Below, one piece after another: positions 16,345 to 25,900 of a stretch of 52,960 bases of DNA. The position numbers and the translations under genes were made by a program. Every line of letters starts with the position of its first letter. Positions within the stretch are counted from its first letter, which is position 1. Below the pieces are notes generated by a model, which was not told the DNA's origin, searched no databases, and worked only from the letters and a program-made list of their open reading frames with translations. Source of the DNA: Nitrospirota bacterium (GTDB lineage: Bacteria; Nitrospirota; Thermodesulfovibrionia; UBA6902); assembly GCA_040758255.1 (NCBI GenBank), contig JBFLVX010000002.1:1-52960 (forward strand). The letters are read 5' to 3'.

Positions 16345-17769
16345 TTAAATATTTTTACTACCTATTTTAAATTCTTTTGCCGTCTTTATCATCCCATCAG
16401 CCCATTCAGGACAGCCGAGTGCATGGAGGTGTGTATAAGTTGCGAGTACATTTTTATAGCATATACCGTCAAGTCCGTCTTTGATGCCCTTGCCGCGTTT
16501 CATCTTAAATGCCATGAATATCCCTTCTTCATCAATATCAATGACCTTTGAATAATGAAATTCATGTCCCTTCAACTTAGTACCCTTTTTGAAAAAGGGG
16601 TTATCTCTCTGCACTTCTACAATTGTATAACCGTGTGCCTGCGGCTTTTTGTTAAGGTCAAAGACAAGAGGCAGTGCGCCGACCATTGGATAAGTCTTAT
16701 TCTCCAGAACAAGGCTTTTGCCGAGGTACATCAGACCGCCGCATTCTGCGTATACAGGAAGCCCTTTCTCAATCGCCTTTAAAAGAGACTTCTTAAAGGC
16801 TTCATTCTCAGCCAGCGCAATTGCATGGGTTTCAGGAAACCCGCCGCCTATATAAAGGGCGTCAATATCAGGCAGCTTTTTTCTCGTAAGCGCGCTCACC
16901 TCCACTATCTCTGCACCGCGCTTTTTAAGTTCTTCAAAATTCTCAGGGTAGTAAAACTGAAAGGCAGAGTCTTTTATCACACCGATCTTTGGGCGTTGGG
17001 AGTTAGGAGTTTTGAGTTTTGAATGTAGTTCCCCTGACCCCTGAACCCTGACTCCTGTCCTTATCTCTTCTGCCCCTTTTGCAACCTTAAATATCGCATC
17101 TATATCAAGATACTTTGATCCTATTTCTGCAATGGAATCAATAGCCTCGTTCACCTCTAAATGCTCCTGAAAAGGCGTTAAACCCATATGCCTCTCAGGG
17201 AACAGCTCCTTTTTTAATTTAGGGAACGCGCCGACTACAGGCAATCCGCACTTATGATCAATCGCCTTGCGTATTACAGACTCCTGCCTGCTGCCCGCGA
17301 TATTATTAAGAACGACCCCTTTGATAGGAACATCAGGGTCTATCATGCGGCAACCCAACACCATCGCCGCTACCGTGCCGGTCACTTTGGTGCAGTCAAC
17401 AACAAGTATCACCGGCGCTTTAAGTAGCTTTGAAAGCCCTGCTGTGCTGTATGTCCCTTCGTGGTCAACACCGTCATAAAGCCCCCTGTTGCCTTCAATT
17501 ACCGCTATCTCTGTTTTGTCCGCCGTATGAGAGATAAAGGATTGCAGCGTCTGCGCAGGGGTCATCATAAAGAGGTCAAGGTTAAAGCACTCCCTTCCGG
17601 TTGCAAGCGCAAGCCAGCCTGCGTCAATATAGTCAGGACCTTTTTTAAAAGGGGTTACTTTCAGGCCTTTTTTGCGCCATATTGAGATAAGGCTTAAAGA
17701 GAGGATTGTCTTGCCGCTCCCGCCTCTAAGTCCTGCAACAATTATCCTTGGGATATTTCCTTTTGACAT
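16345..17769 (-). CDS. dsrN: cobyrinic acid a,c-diamide synthase family protein; DsrN by its dsr context (siroheme amidase)
   Basis: N-terminal P-loop GLRGGSGKT, a CbiA-type ATPase domain and a C-terminal GATase-like domain (YAECGGLMYL). Directly downstream of dsrABD. Confidence 0.8.
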   Translation of the reverse strand: MSKGNIPRIIVAGLRGGSGKTILSLSLISIWRKKGLKVTPFKKGPDYIDAGWLALATGRECFNLDLFMMTPAQTLQSFISHTADKTEIAVIEGNRGLYDGVDHEGTYSTAGLSKLLKAPVILVVDCTKVTGTVAAMVLGCRMIDPDVPIKGVVLNNIAGSRQESVIRKAIDHKCGLPVVGAFPKLKKELFPERHMGLTPFQEHLEVNEAIDSIAEIGSKYLDIDAIFKVAKGAEEIRTGVRVQGSGELHSKLKTPNSQRPKIGVIKDSAFQFYYPENFEELKKRGAEIVEVSALTRKKLPDIDALYIGGGFPETHAIALAENEAFKKSLLKAIEKGLPVYAECGGLMYLGKSLVLENKTYPMVGALPLVFDLNKKPQAHGYTIVEVQRDNPFFKKGTKLKGHEFHYSKVIDIDEEGIFMAFKMKRGKGIKDGLDGICYKNVLATYTHLHALGCPEWADGMIKTAKEFKIGSKNI

Positions 17770-17920
17770 AGTTCAATCAATAAATGCATTTAAAACAATG
17801 CAGATGTTGTGAAATAATTTATTTTTCGATACCTTAACATGGTTATAATAAAAAGTTCATCGAGTTAAATAAATTATTGAACAATGTCTGCATTATTTAG
17901 GTAGTAGGCTATATGTAAAA

Positions 17921-17966
17921 GAAAAAATGGGAACAATCCTGAAAACCAGAACCATTCCCATTTTTC
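17921..17966. terminator. hairpin with flanking A/T runs downstream of dsrD
   Basis: AAATGGGAA ... TTCCCATTT forms a stem followed by a T-run in minus sense. Lies between the dsrD stop and the dsrN start. Confidence 0.5.
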
Positions 17967-17996
17967 AATCCTTATAATCCCTCAGTTTGTTTGCTT

Positions 17997-18275
17997 TTAA
18001 ATAAGGCCCTTCTCTTTTAACAAGTTGTTTAAATCAAGTCCCTTTTCTTTAAGGTACTCGTCGCTCGGTATCTCAACTGAGCTTGCGCCGCCGCCGTATG
18101 AGTACATGAGCAGGCCGTCATTGATCAGCGCTCTCATGGCTGCCTTGACAACCTCCTTGTCTTCGCCTGAGCTGGCAGATACCTCTTTGATGATATCCTT
18201 CTCTTTAAGCTTCTTCTTGCCCTTCATCTTTATGCTGAAGTCATAAATCTGTTTCTGTATTTCACGCTCTTCCAT
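17997..18275 (-). CDS. dsrD: DsrD, small winged-helix protein of dissimilatory sulfite reductase loci
   Basis: ALINDGLLMYSYGGGASSVEI parallels the DsrD motif LVNDEVLEYWSSGSTTMY as I recall it. Located directly after dsrB. Confidence 0.75.
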   Translation of the reverse strand: MEEREIQKQIYDFSIKMKGKKKLKEKDIIKEVSASSGEDKEVVKAAMRALINDGLLMYSYGGGASSVEIPSDEYLKEKGLDLNNLLKEKGLI

Positions 18276-18362
18276 GATGTATTCCCCCTTTTTATATAAT
18301 TGGGTTTATTTTGATGAGAACTAAATTAATATTTCTGTATTGCATTGTCAAGTCCAAAATCA

Positions 18363-18396
18363 GATGGGAAGCAATCCATAAGGGCTGCTTCCCATC
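18363..18396 (-). other. intercistronic stem-loop between dsrB and dsrD
   Basis: GATGGGAAGCA-N12-TGCTTCCCATC, an 11-bp perfect stem. Confidence 0.45.
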
Positions 18397-18422
18397 ATCT
18401 TATCAGTTTCTGTAAGCCCTCT

Positions 18423-19493
18423 TTAGTACTTAAATGCCGCTGATGTCCTCATCGTGTCTCTCATGAACGTGAAGTCATCAATGTGCTGGAATGTAAACTC
18501 AATCCCTGTAAGCTTAAAGAAGCTCTCCCAGCCTATCCTCTCGATCCATTCGCCGACCCTCTCATGCTTTTTGGCATGTTTGGCATATGTCTCAAGGATA
18601 TTCTTAATGGCGTCAACAACCTTCGGCCATCTCGGAGGGTCGTTGTAGATGAAAGGAATAGCCAGTTTTGAGAATTTCGGATCTGTTCTCAGACTGCCTA
18701 TCTTCCCGCCAACCACGATAGCAACACCGTCTTCCTCAGGGTTGTGTATATCAATTGGAGGACATACTGTAAAGCAGTTTCCGCAGTACATGCATCTCTC
18801 TTCATTGATGGTGATGGTCTTATCTTTCGGGTTTGGCCTGATTGCTGATGTCGGGCATGAACCGATAGTTGTCGGAATCTCACATGCTTTAGTGACCATC
18901 TCATGGTTTACAACAGGCGGTTTCCTGTGGACTGCGACAACAGCTATGTCAGAGCAGTGAACAGCACCGCACATATTAACGCAGCAGGCAACAGCAAGCC
19001 TGACCTTGTTCGGAAGCTCTTTGGTGGTAAAGTAGTCATGGAGTTCATCCATTACAGACTTCACGATAGCTGAGGCGTCTGTACACGCGCTGTGGCAGTG
19101 CACCCAGCCCTGTGTATGAATGATATTGCTTATCCGGGGACCGATACCGCCGACCGAATACTTCTTAGCCTTCAGTTCATCCAGGAGTGGCTTCATCTTG
19201 CTCTCGTCTGACACGAGAAATTCTATGTTGTTTCTTGTTGTGAAACGGAGATACCCGTCACAATACTTCTCTGCCAGATTGGAGATCTCGCGGATAGTGT
19301 TTGTGCTCAGTATCCTCGGAGATGCAGCCCTTACAGTCCAAATCTTATCCCCGCTCTCAGCTACATGCACCATTGTGCCCGGGGTCAATACCTCATGATA
19401 TTTCCACTTGCCGTAGTTCTTCTTGATAACCGGCGGTAAAAACTTTTCATAATGAGGCGGGCCTATGTCTGTCTGTCTTTTGGGTAATGCCAT
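18423..19493 (-). CDS. dsrB: dissimilatory sulfite reductase beta subunit
   Basis: 356 aa with siroheme/[4Fe-4S] and ferredoxin-like Cys clusters (CHSACTD, CCVNMCGAVHCSD, CPTSA, CMYCGNCFTVCP). Adjacent to dsrA. Confidence 0.9.
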   Translation of the reverse strand: MALPKRQTDIGPPHYEKFLPPVIKKNYGKWKYHEVLTPGTMVHVAESGDKIWTVRAASPRILSTNTIREISNLAEKYCDGYLRFTTRNNIEFLVSDESKMKPLLDELKAKKYSVGGIGPRISNIIHTQGWVHCHSACTDASAIVKSVMDELHDYFTTKELPNKVRLAVACCVNMCGAVHCSDIAVVAVHRKPPVVNHEMVTKACEIPTTIGSCPTSAIRPNPKDKTITINEERCMYCGNCFTVCPPIDIHNPEEDGVAIVVGGKIGSLRTDPKFSKLAIPFIYNDPPRWPKVVDAIKNILETYAKHAKKHERVGEWIERIGWESFFKLTGIEFTFQHIDDFTFMRDTMRTSAAFKY

Positions 19494-19521
19494 AACGTTT
19501 CCTCCTTATATATTCTTATTA

Positions 19522-20718
19522 TTATTTTTTCTCTAAATCGCTTTCCGCCCAGAAGAAGAACGGGTCTTTTCTCGGCTCATATACCTGCTGCGGCTGAGGG
19601 TCAACACCTATCGCCTCAAGGAACGACCTCATGCCTTTCACCTCGATAAGCTCTCCTATCCTCTCTCTCGGCTTGGCATTGTCATCCCACCACTCGATTA
19701 TCTTTTCAATCATTTCTTTAAGTTCATCATATGGAGCCTCACACTTGATAAACGGAACGATGACCCATGAGAGCAGGGAACCGACAACGATAGGCGCCTT
19801 GCTTCCTACAAGTATGGTCGCGCCCTTCTCTTTGCCCGGCTTTAATGCCTTTGTCATCTTCGCTATACAGTGCATGCACCTGTTACACTCTGCATCGGCT
19901 ATCTTTATCTGGCCGTTATTATAAGACATGCAGTTTGTCGGGCACATCTCAATGATCTCTTTCTGTATGTCCATGCCGGCGTCAGCATACTTCTTCACCT
20001 CTGCCTGGTCTATCTGGATATTGCCCTTCCAAGTTCCGATGATTGAGAGGTCAGCGCGGGCAATAGCTGCAACACAGTCGCATGCGCAGCCAGACACCTT
20101 TATCTTGAATTTGTACGGAAAAGAAGGCCTGTGCATCTGATCCTGAAAATGCTGGGTGAGGTCATTGCAGATATCCATTGAATTGATATTTGACCACTCA
20201 CAGCGTGCCTGTCCGACACAGCAGCTCGGCGTCCTCATTGCAGAGCCTGAACTGCCGAGATCCCATCCGCGAGATGAGTATTCAGCGAAGATGGTTTCAA
20301 GGTGTTCAGTGGTGGTGCCGAGAAGAACCAAGTCGCCTGTGGAGCCATGAACGTTTGTCATGCCGCTGCCGTACTTGTCCCATATATCGCAGATCATCTT
20401 CAATGCCTCTGAGGTATAGAAGAAGCCGCTCGGCTGGTTAAGCCTTACTGTATGAAAGTGCGCAACTCCCGGAAATTCCTCGGGCAGGGAAGAATACCTT
20501 CCGATAACTCCGCCGCCGTATCCGAGAACCCCAACGATACCGCCGTGCTTCCAGTATCCGCGTTTAGTACGGAATGATTTTTCAAGCTGACCTAACTCGT
20601 CATTTGCCATTTGAGGCATTGAACTGCTCTCCGAAGCCTTCTTGATCTCTGTAATGTAACTCGGCCACGGGCCTTTTTCGAGCTCATCCAACATTGGTGT
20701 TTTGTGCTTTCCGCTCAT
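19522..20718 (-). CDS. dsrA: dissimilatory sulfite reductase alpha subunit
   Basis: 398 aa. Cys clusters SCCVGQARCE, SGCACDC, CPTNC and CNRCMHC. Strong RBS GGAGGG. Confidence 0.9.
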   Translation of the reverse strand: MSGKHKTPMLDELEKGPWPSYITEIKKASESSSMPQMANDELGQLEKSFRTKRGYWKHGGIVGVLGYGGGVIGRYSSLPEEFPGVAHFHTVRLNQPSGFFYTSEALKMICDIWDKYGSGMTNVHGSTGDLVLLGTTTEHLETIFAEYSSRGWDLGSSGSAMRTPSCCVGQARCEWSNINSMDICNDLTQHFQDQMHRPSFPYKFKIKVSGCACDCVAAIARADLSIIGTWKGNIQIDQAEVKKYADAGMDIQKEIIEMCPTNCMSYNNGQIKIADAECNRCMHCIAKMTKALKPGKEKGATILVGSKAPIVVGSLLSWVIVPFIKCEAPYDELKEMIEKIIEWWDDNAKPRERIGELIEVKGMRSFLEAIGVDPQPQQVYEPRKDPFFFWAESDLEKK

Positions 20719-20845
20719 TACAACCCTCCTTTTTTAGTTTGAGATAATATATAAACAGAAAATGCGTAATTATTTACAGAGGCACATACTAATTAAAGAA
20801 TAATGCCCGAAGATGCAATCTTTTCACAGGAAAAGACAGAGTTGA

Positions 20846-20874
20846 TATTAATACATGAAATATTTTAAGGTCAA
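20846..20874 (-). promoter_or_regulatory. candidate sigma-70 promoter for dsrAB
   Basis: Minus-sense TTGACC, a 17 nt spacer, then TTAATA. About 125 nt upstream of the dsrA ATG. Rests on sequence pattern only. Confidence 0.3.
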
Positions 20875-20959
20875 ATAAAAAAAACTTATTTATTAATCAT
20901 GGATGCTTATTTAATAGATTGATGGAAAAGCAGGGGCACAGAATTCAATTTTCGCGTAT

Positions 20960-20994
20960 CATCTTGCATCTTGTATCCTGCATCCTGTATCTTG
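20960..20994. repeat. five tandem heptamers ATCYTGY
   Basis: ATCTTGC ATCTTGT ATCCTGC ATCCTGT ATCTTGT, read directly from the sequence. Lies in the divergent dsrA / CCA-enzyme intergenic region. Confidence 0.7.
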
Positions 20995-21000
20995 TAATAA

Positions 21001-23625
21001 GTGGAGATAATCACAACACATATAAATGCCGACTTCGACGCCTTAGCCTCAATGGCAGCGGCAAAGAGGTTTTACCCCGATGCAGTGCTCGTGCTCCCTG
21101 GCTCGCCTGAGAAGGGCGTTAGAGATTTTATCCCTCTGTCACGGCTCGAACTCGATATAAAAAAAGAGAAAGAGATAGATATTGAGAAAGTCACGCGTTT
21201 AATAATAGTTGATAACAGGAAGTTAGGCCGGATCGGTAAGTTCTCAAAAATTATAGGCAAAAAAGGGCTGTCAGTCCACATCTTTGACCATCATCCCCCT
21301 GACTCAAATGACATTAAAGGAGAAAAAGAAGTCATCGAGACTGTCGGAGCCACAACAACAATCTTTGTGGAGATGATGAGGCGCGATAGGGTAAATATCC
21401 TGCCGGCCGAGGCCACTATGCTCGCATTAGGCATATATGAAGAGACAGGCTCTCTCCTCTTCCCGTCAACCACTGTGAGAGACATTGAGGCCGCGGCGTA
21501 TCTTCTTAAGAGAGGCGCCAACCTGAATATTGTTTCAGGTTATATGAAAAGAGAGCTTGGGGCAGAAGAGATTGACCTTCTCAATGAATTAATCCACTCG
21601 TCAAAGAATTATGTAATTCACGATATCAGGATCAAGATCGCCAAGGCGTCGAGAGACAAATATATCGGGGACGTGGCTTATCTTGCTCACAAGCTGAGGG
21701 ATATAGAAGAGACTGATGCGCTCTTCCTCCTTGTAATGATGGATGAGAGAATTCAATTGATAGGCAGAAGCCATACACCCGAAGTTGATGTCTCTGAGAT
21801 AGCGCAGCCGTTTGGAGGAGGCGGACATCCTGCCGCATCCTCCGCTGTCATAAGAGACGTTTCCCTTGAAGAGGCTGAAGAGAAACTGTTAACTATTCTC
21901 AGAGAAAAGATACATCCTGCCAGGACTGCCGGGGATATAATGACAAGCCCTGTAAAGTGCATAACCTGGGACAGCGCCCTGGCAAGAGCTGAAAAGATGA
22001 TGACAAGGTACGAGGTGAATGTGCTGCCTGTCCTTAAGAAAGAGGAGTATGCCGGGCTCATATCAAGAGAGGTTGTGGAAAAGGCGCTCTATCACGGTTT
22101 CGGCAAGAGCAAGGTATCAGAGTTCTGCACCACAGATGCAACCACTGTAAAGGCTTCGGCCCCTGCAAGCGAGGTTGAAGCCTTGATGATCGAGCAGAAC
22201 CAGAGATTTATGCCGGTTATAGAAGATAAAAAGATAATCGGAGCTATAACCCGCACTGATATTTTAAGGTCGCTTTACGAAAGCCTTCTTAGAAAGAGCA
22301 GGATAAACGGGGAAGAGATGTTGAAGGAGAAGCCCTCTATGGGAAAAAACCTGTCAACCATAATGAAGTCAATGTTCCCGCCTAAAGTCTTTAATCTGCT
22401 CAAACTCACCGGGGAAACAGCCGAGGGCCTCGGCTTTTCAGCATATCTTGTCGGCGGTTCTGTAAGAGACATGCTGCGCGGCGAAGCCAATCTTGATATA
22501 GATATAGTTATTGAAGGCGACGGCATCGCCTTTGCACAGGCTCTGGGGAGTAAACTGAAGGCCAAGGTCAGAAGTCATCATAGATTCGGCACTGCTGTCG
22601 TGGTGACAGAATTTTTAAAATTTGATGTTGCCACTGCAAGGACTGAATACTATGAATCCCCTGCCGCGCTGCCGCGCGTAGAAATGTCTTCAATAAAAAA
22701 GGACCTCTACAGAAGGGATTTTACCATTAATACCCTGGCGATAAAGCTGAATCCTGATAAATTCGGACAGCTCCTTGATTTCTTCGGAGGCCAGAGAGAT
22801 ATAAAAGAGAAGGCCATAAAAATTCTCCATAATCTCAGCTTTATCGAAGACCCTACAAGGGCATTCAGGGCGATAAGATTTTCAGAACGCTTCGGATTTA
22901 AGATTAGCGCGCATACAACAAATCTGATAAAGACCGCCTCTCGTATAAATCTGTTTGATAAGCTTTCCGGGATAAGGCTGTATGATGAACTCGTACTCTT
23001 ATTCCTTGAGACAGAGCCGCTTAGCGCTGTTAAAAGACTGCTGAAACTCGATCTTCTGAAATTCATACATCCTGAATTGAAGATAACAAAGAGCCTGGAA
23101 GAGACTTTCATATCCATTCAGGAGTCATTTGCGTGGTTCAAACTCCTCTTCATTGAAGAAGAACTGAACAAGTCTCATCTCTTCCTCATGGCGCTCTTTG
23201 ACGAGTTGAAGGCAGATGAGAGGGGCAAGGCATTGGAGAGACTGCTTGTGCCACCGAATGTAAAGAAGGAGATAATGGCAGGCATAGAGGAGTCAAGAAA
23301 AGCTCTCTTAAAACTGCGGGGGGCTTCGCCGAAAAATATCTATTCCGCCCTAAAGCCGCTCAACCTCAAGACCATTTTATTTACAATGGCCAAGGCACAG
23401 GACAAAGAGCAGAAGAAGGCTATTTCGTTATATCTGACATCGTTAAGAATGACAAAGCCGGAACTTACAGGCAAAGACCTCAAGGCAATGGGGTACACGC
23501 CCGGGCCTGCCTTCAAAAAGATATTAACGGCAGTTCTTGAGGCAAGGCTTGAAGGGAAGATAAAGACCCGCGCGGGAGAGATAAAGTTCGTGAAGAAAGA
23601 ATTTCCGGGACAGAAAGCTCTCTAA
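21001..23625 (+). CDS. DHH/DHHA1 phosphoesterase, CBS pair and poly(A) polymerase/CCA-adding nucleotidyltransferase fusion
   Basis: GTG start. DHH motif FDHH. GGGGH (DHHA1). Two CBS-like segments. The nucleotidyltransferase core is GGSVRDMLRG...DIDIVIEG. Confidence 0.8.
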   Translation: MEIITTHINADFDALASMAAAKRFYPDAVLVLPGSPEKGVRDFIPLSRLELDIKKEKEIDIEKVTRLIIVDNRKLGRIGKFSKIIGKKGLSVHIFDHHPPDSNDIKGEKEVIETVGATTTIFVEMMRRDRVNILPAEATMLALGIYEETGSLLFPSTTVRDIEAAAYLLKRGANLNIVSGYMKRELGAEEIDLLNELIHSSKNYVIHDIRIKIAKASRDKYIGDVAYLAHKLRDIEETDALFLLVMMDERIQLIGRSHTPEVDVSEIAQPFGGGGHPAASSAVIRDVSLEEAEEKLLTILREKIHPARTAGDIMTSPVKCITWDSALARAEKMMTRYEVNVLPVLKKEEYAGLISREVVEKALYHGFGKSKVSEFCTTDATTVKASAPASEVEALMIEQNQRFMPVIEDKKIIGAITRTDILRSLYESLLRKSRINGEEMLKEKPSMGKNLSTIMKSMFPPKVFNLLKLTGETAEGLGFSAYLVGGSVRDMLRGEANLDIDIVIEGDGIAFAQALGSKLKAKVRSHHRFGTAVVVTEFLKFDVATARTEYYESPAALPRVEMSSIKKDLYRRDFTINTLAIKLNPDKFGQLLDFFGGQRDIKEKAIKILHNLSFIEDPTRAFRAIRFSERFGFKISAHTTNLIKTASRINLFDKLSGIRLYDELVLLFLETEPLSAVKRLLKLDLLKFIHPELKITKSLEETFISIQESFAWFKLLFIEEELNKSHLFLMALFDELKADERGKALERLLVPPNVKKEIMAGIEESRKALLKLRGASPKNIYSALKPLNLKTILFTMAKAQDKEQKKAISLYLTSLRMTKPELTGKDLKAMGYTPGPAFKKILTAVLEARLEGKIKTRAGEIKFVKKEFPGQKAL

Positions 23626-23649
23626 CAGTCCATTCTTACTTAAAAAATT

Positions 23650-23673
23650 GTCATACCCGCGAAAGCGGGTATC
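23650..23673 (+). repeat. short palindromic element / possible terminator hairpin
   Basis: ATACCCGC-GAAA-GCGGGTAT, 25 nt after the CCA-enzyme stop. Related to the copy at 11735-11758. Confidence 0.4.
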
Positions 23674-23821
23674 CATGGTTCAACAGTCTCTATTAGATAT
23701 GTCAATAATCTTCGAGAATTATTGACCGGATAAAGGCTTTCTGCTATAGTTTTGTAACTGACTAATACCGAACTAATAAACTGTCTAATAACTGGTTATT
23801 TGTCTTTCAAAGGAGATAATA

Positions 23822-24742
23822 ATGCCTTTGTTTAAATTTGACAATGGAATCGCAAAACGTATAGGGCAAAAAGAATTTGCCAATGAAAAAGAATTGCACG
23901 AACTGATAGACGGTAATCTGGAAGAAATATTCAATCTGCGGTATATCAAAGACGAATATATTACTGAAAAACATGGACGAATCGAAACGCTGGCGATAGA
24001 TGAAGCGAATCGCCCTGTTGTAATTGAGTATAAAAAGATTAAGGAAATTGGGCAATTAACTCAAGCGAATCGCTACATCACTTGGGTTCGACAAAACCCG
24101 GATTCATTTGAATTAATTGTTAGGAAAAACATTGCGAATTTCGAAGGAGAAATTGATTTTTCCAACCCGAGAATAATTTGTTTTGCCCAAGAATTCTCAA
24201 TAGATGACAAATGCCTTGCACTTTCTCTGAATGCAGAGCTTTGGAAGTATAGGTACTACGAAAATCAAATTATGACCATTATTAGGGAAGAAGAACCCGA
24301 ACAGTTGATAAGAAATAAACTGACCGGAAAAACAAGCATAGTAAAAATTGTAAAGGAGCCGAAAAAAGCTAAATCCTTTGATGAGCATCTTTCTGGTGTA
24401 TCAAAAGAACTAAAAGCATTATTCTCTCAGATTAATGAAAGAATACTTCAAATCAGTGACGAAATTGAGCGGTACACGACAAACACTGAAATTATTTATA
24501 AAACTTCTCTAAACTTCGCATACTTTGCTCCGCAAAAAAGAAAAAATGCTCTGCGCATTTTATTACGTTCTGCAACTGGTCGAATCAGAGATCCTTCGCA
24601 CTTGACGGAAGTAATACCGAAAACTCATGGGTATGGAAAAATTACCCACCAAATGCACATTTTTCCGAAGAAAGATCACGACGAAAAATATTTAGATGAT
24701 ATAATGAATATTATCTTTCAAGCATATTCTGCAACTCAATAG
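23822..24742 (+). CDS. PD-(D/E)xK (NucS/DUF91-like) nuclease-fold N-terminal domain with an uncharacterized C-terminal domain
   Basis: GRIETLAIDEANRPVVIEYKK fits the D...E-x-K nuclease core. The local sequence is AT-rich. Confidence 0.55.
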   Translation: MPLFKFDNGIAKRIGQKEFANEKELHELIDGNLEEIFNLRYIKDEYITEKHGRIETLAIDEANRPVVIEYKKIKEIGQLTQANRYITWVRQNPDSFELIVRKNIANFEGEIDFSNPRIICFAQEFSIDDKCLALSLNAELWKYRYYENQIMTIIREEEPEQLIRNKLTGKTSIVKIVKEPKKAKSFDEHLSGVSKELKALFSQINERILQISDEIERYTTNTEIIYKTSLNFAYFAPQKRKNALRILLRSATGRIRDPSHLTEVIPKTHGYGKITHQMHIFPKKDHDEKYLDDIMNIIFQAYSATQ

Positions 24743-24836
24743 GCATATTATTGTACCCATCAAAGATATAACCACCAGTTTCACCAGATGAACTGGCGAA
24801 CTGGAATGTTAGGCGGTCACAATCGGAGAATGTACA

Positions 24837-25097
24837 ATGCAACTTCCTGATATCGAAAAATTGCGGCGTTTTTCATTGGCATCTGGGCTTGTATTAATAA
24901 CTTATTTCGTGGCTATTGTTAAGCCATCTTCCACAGTTTCATTTTTGGCGTTTGGGGTGATATTTAACATATTGAATCCGAAATATATTTCTGTTTATAT
25001 TGGCTTCAATATACGGTTTAATCAGATTCACTTTGTATGGCATCATTATCGGACGGAGTCCATCGAAAGAAAGAAAGCATCTTCTATTAGCCGCTAA
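24837..25097 (+). CDS. hypothetical small membrane protein (possibly the N-terminal part of a frameshifted gene)
   Basis: Two hydrophobic segments. Overlaps the next ORF by 98 nt in the +1 frame. Confidence 0.3.
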   Translation: MQLPDIEKLRRFSLASGLVLITYFVAIVKPSSTVSFLAFGVIFNILNPKYISVYIGFNIRFNQIHFVWHHYRTESIERKKASSISR

Positions 25098-25386
25098 ACC
25101 AGTGGATGATGCCTATGAAGTAATAGTGAAATCAAAGGAAGATGTAGATGATGTCCGGAAAAAGCTTGAGTATGCGTTCCCGTCTATTAGCAGGGATAGC
25201 GCAGGGATTGAGATAAAAGAATTATTTAACGTTGGTAAAGGGATAAATGTTTCCTATGGAGTTCGGTATAAACCCACGAGGAGAACAAAAATTTTTGAAA
25301 TACTTCATGACATCGATTATACGGCGCCGATTTGGGTGAACATTGTGGCTCTAATAATAGCCGGGTATTCTTTGTATACGGGTTAA
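25000..25386 (+). CDS. hypothetical protein with a C-terminal TM segment
   Basis: TTG start in the track. This frame is open from 24976. C-terminal segment IWVNIVALIIAGYSLY. Confidence 0.4.
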   Translation: MASIYGLIRFTLYGIIIGRSPSKERKHLLLAAKPVDDAYEVIVKSKEDVDDVRKKLEYAFPSISRDSAGIEIKELFNVGKGINVSYGVRYKPTRRTKIFEILHDIDYTAPIWVNIVALIIAGYSLYTG

Positions 25387-25483
25387 TCAAGTAACGGCAT
25401 GGGTAGCGTCTTGAATCTTGCAGGCTTGTGATAAACAAACAAAGTTCATAGAGTTTGAGAGTTTAGGTTCGTAGAGTTAAACC

Positions 25484-25900
25484 TTACGGACTGATAATTG
25501 CCAGAAACTCTTCAGGAGTGAGAACCGGAAGAATGTCCGCCTTGAAGTCACCTTTGTTTCTTGTAATGAGGCAGTCTGCTTTTGACTGTACAGCGGAGTA
25601 ATACTGCACGGCGTCTTCAAAATCCCTAAAATTCGATGTGAGAGAAAGATCGATCACCCGCTCGTCAACTGCCGCGACATGAAAGACGATCCTGACTTTT
25701 TCGAGAATCTTTATCGCCTTTTCCCGTTTCAGTTCCTTTGACAGGAGGTAATAAAGGGTCGGGAAGCTGAGGGAGCAGAGATAACCTCTCAATTTCTTCT
25801 CCTCGATCCTTTTGAATATGCCTGCAGCCGGGGAGTAAAACGGTTCTCGCTTAAGGAATATATCAAGAAAAAAATTGATGTCACAGAGGACGGATTTCAA
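25484..25900 (-). CDS. vapC: PIN-domain toxin VapC (second copy, different subfamily)
   Basis: 138 aa with a PIN-like pattern. 4-nt overlap with the upstream antitoxin gene. Confidence 0.8.
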   Translation of the reverse strand: MKSVLCDINFFLDIFLKREPFYSPAAGIFKRIEEKKLRGYLCSLSFPTLYYLLSKELKREKAIKILEKVRIVFHVAAVDERVIDLSLTSNFRDFEDAVQYYSAVQSKADCLITRNKGDFKADILPVLTPEEFLAIISP

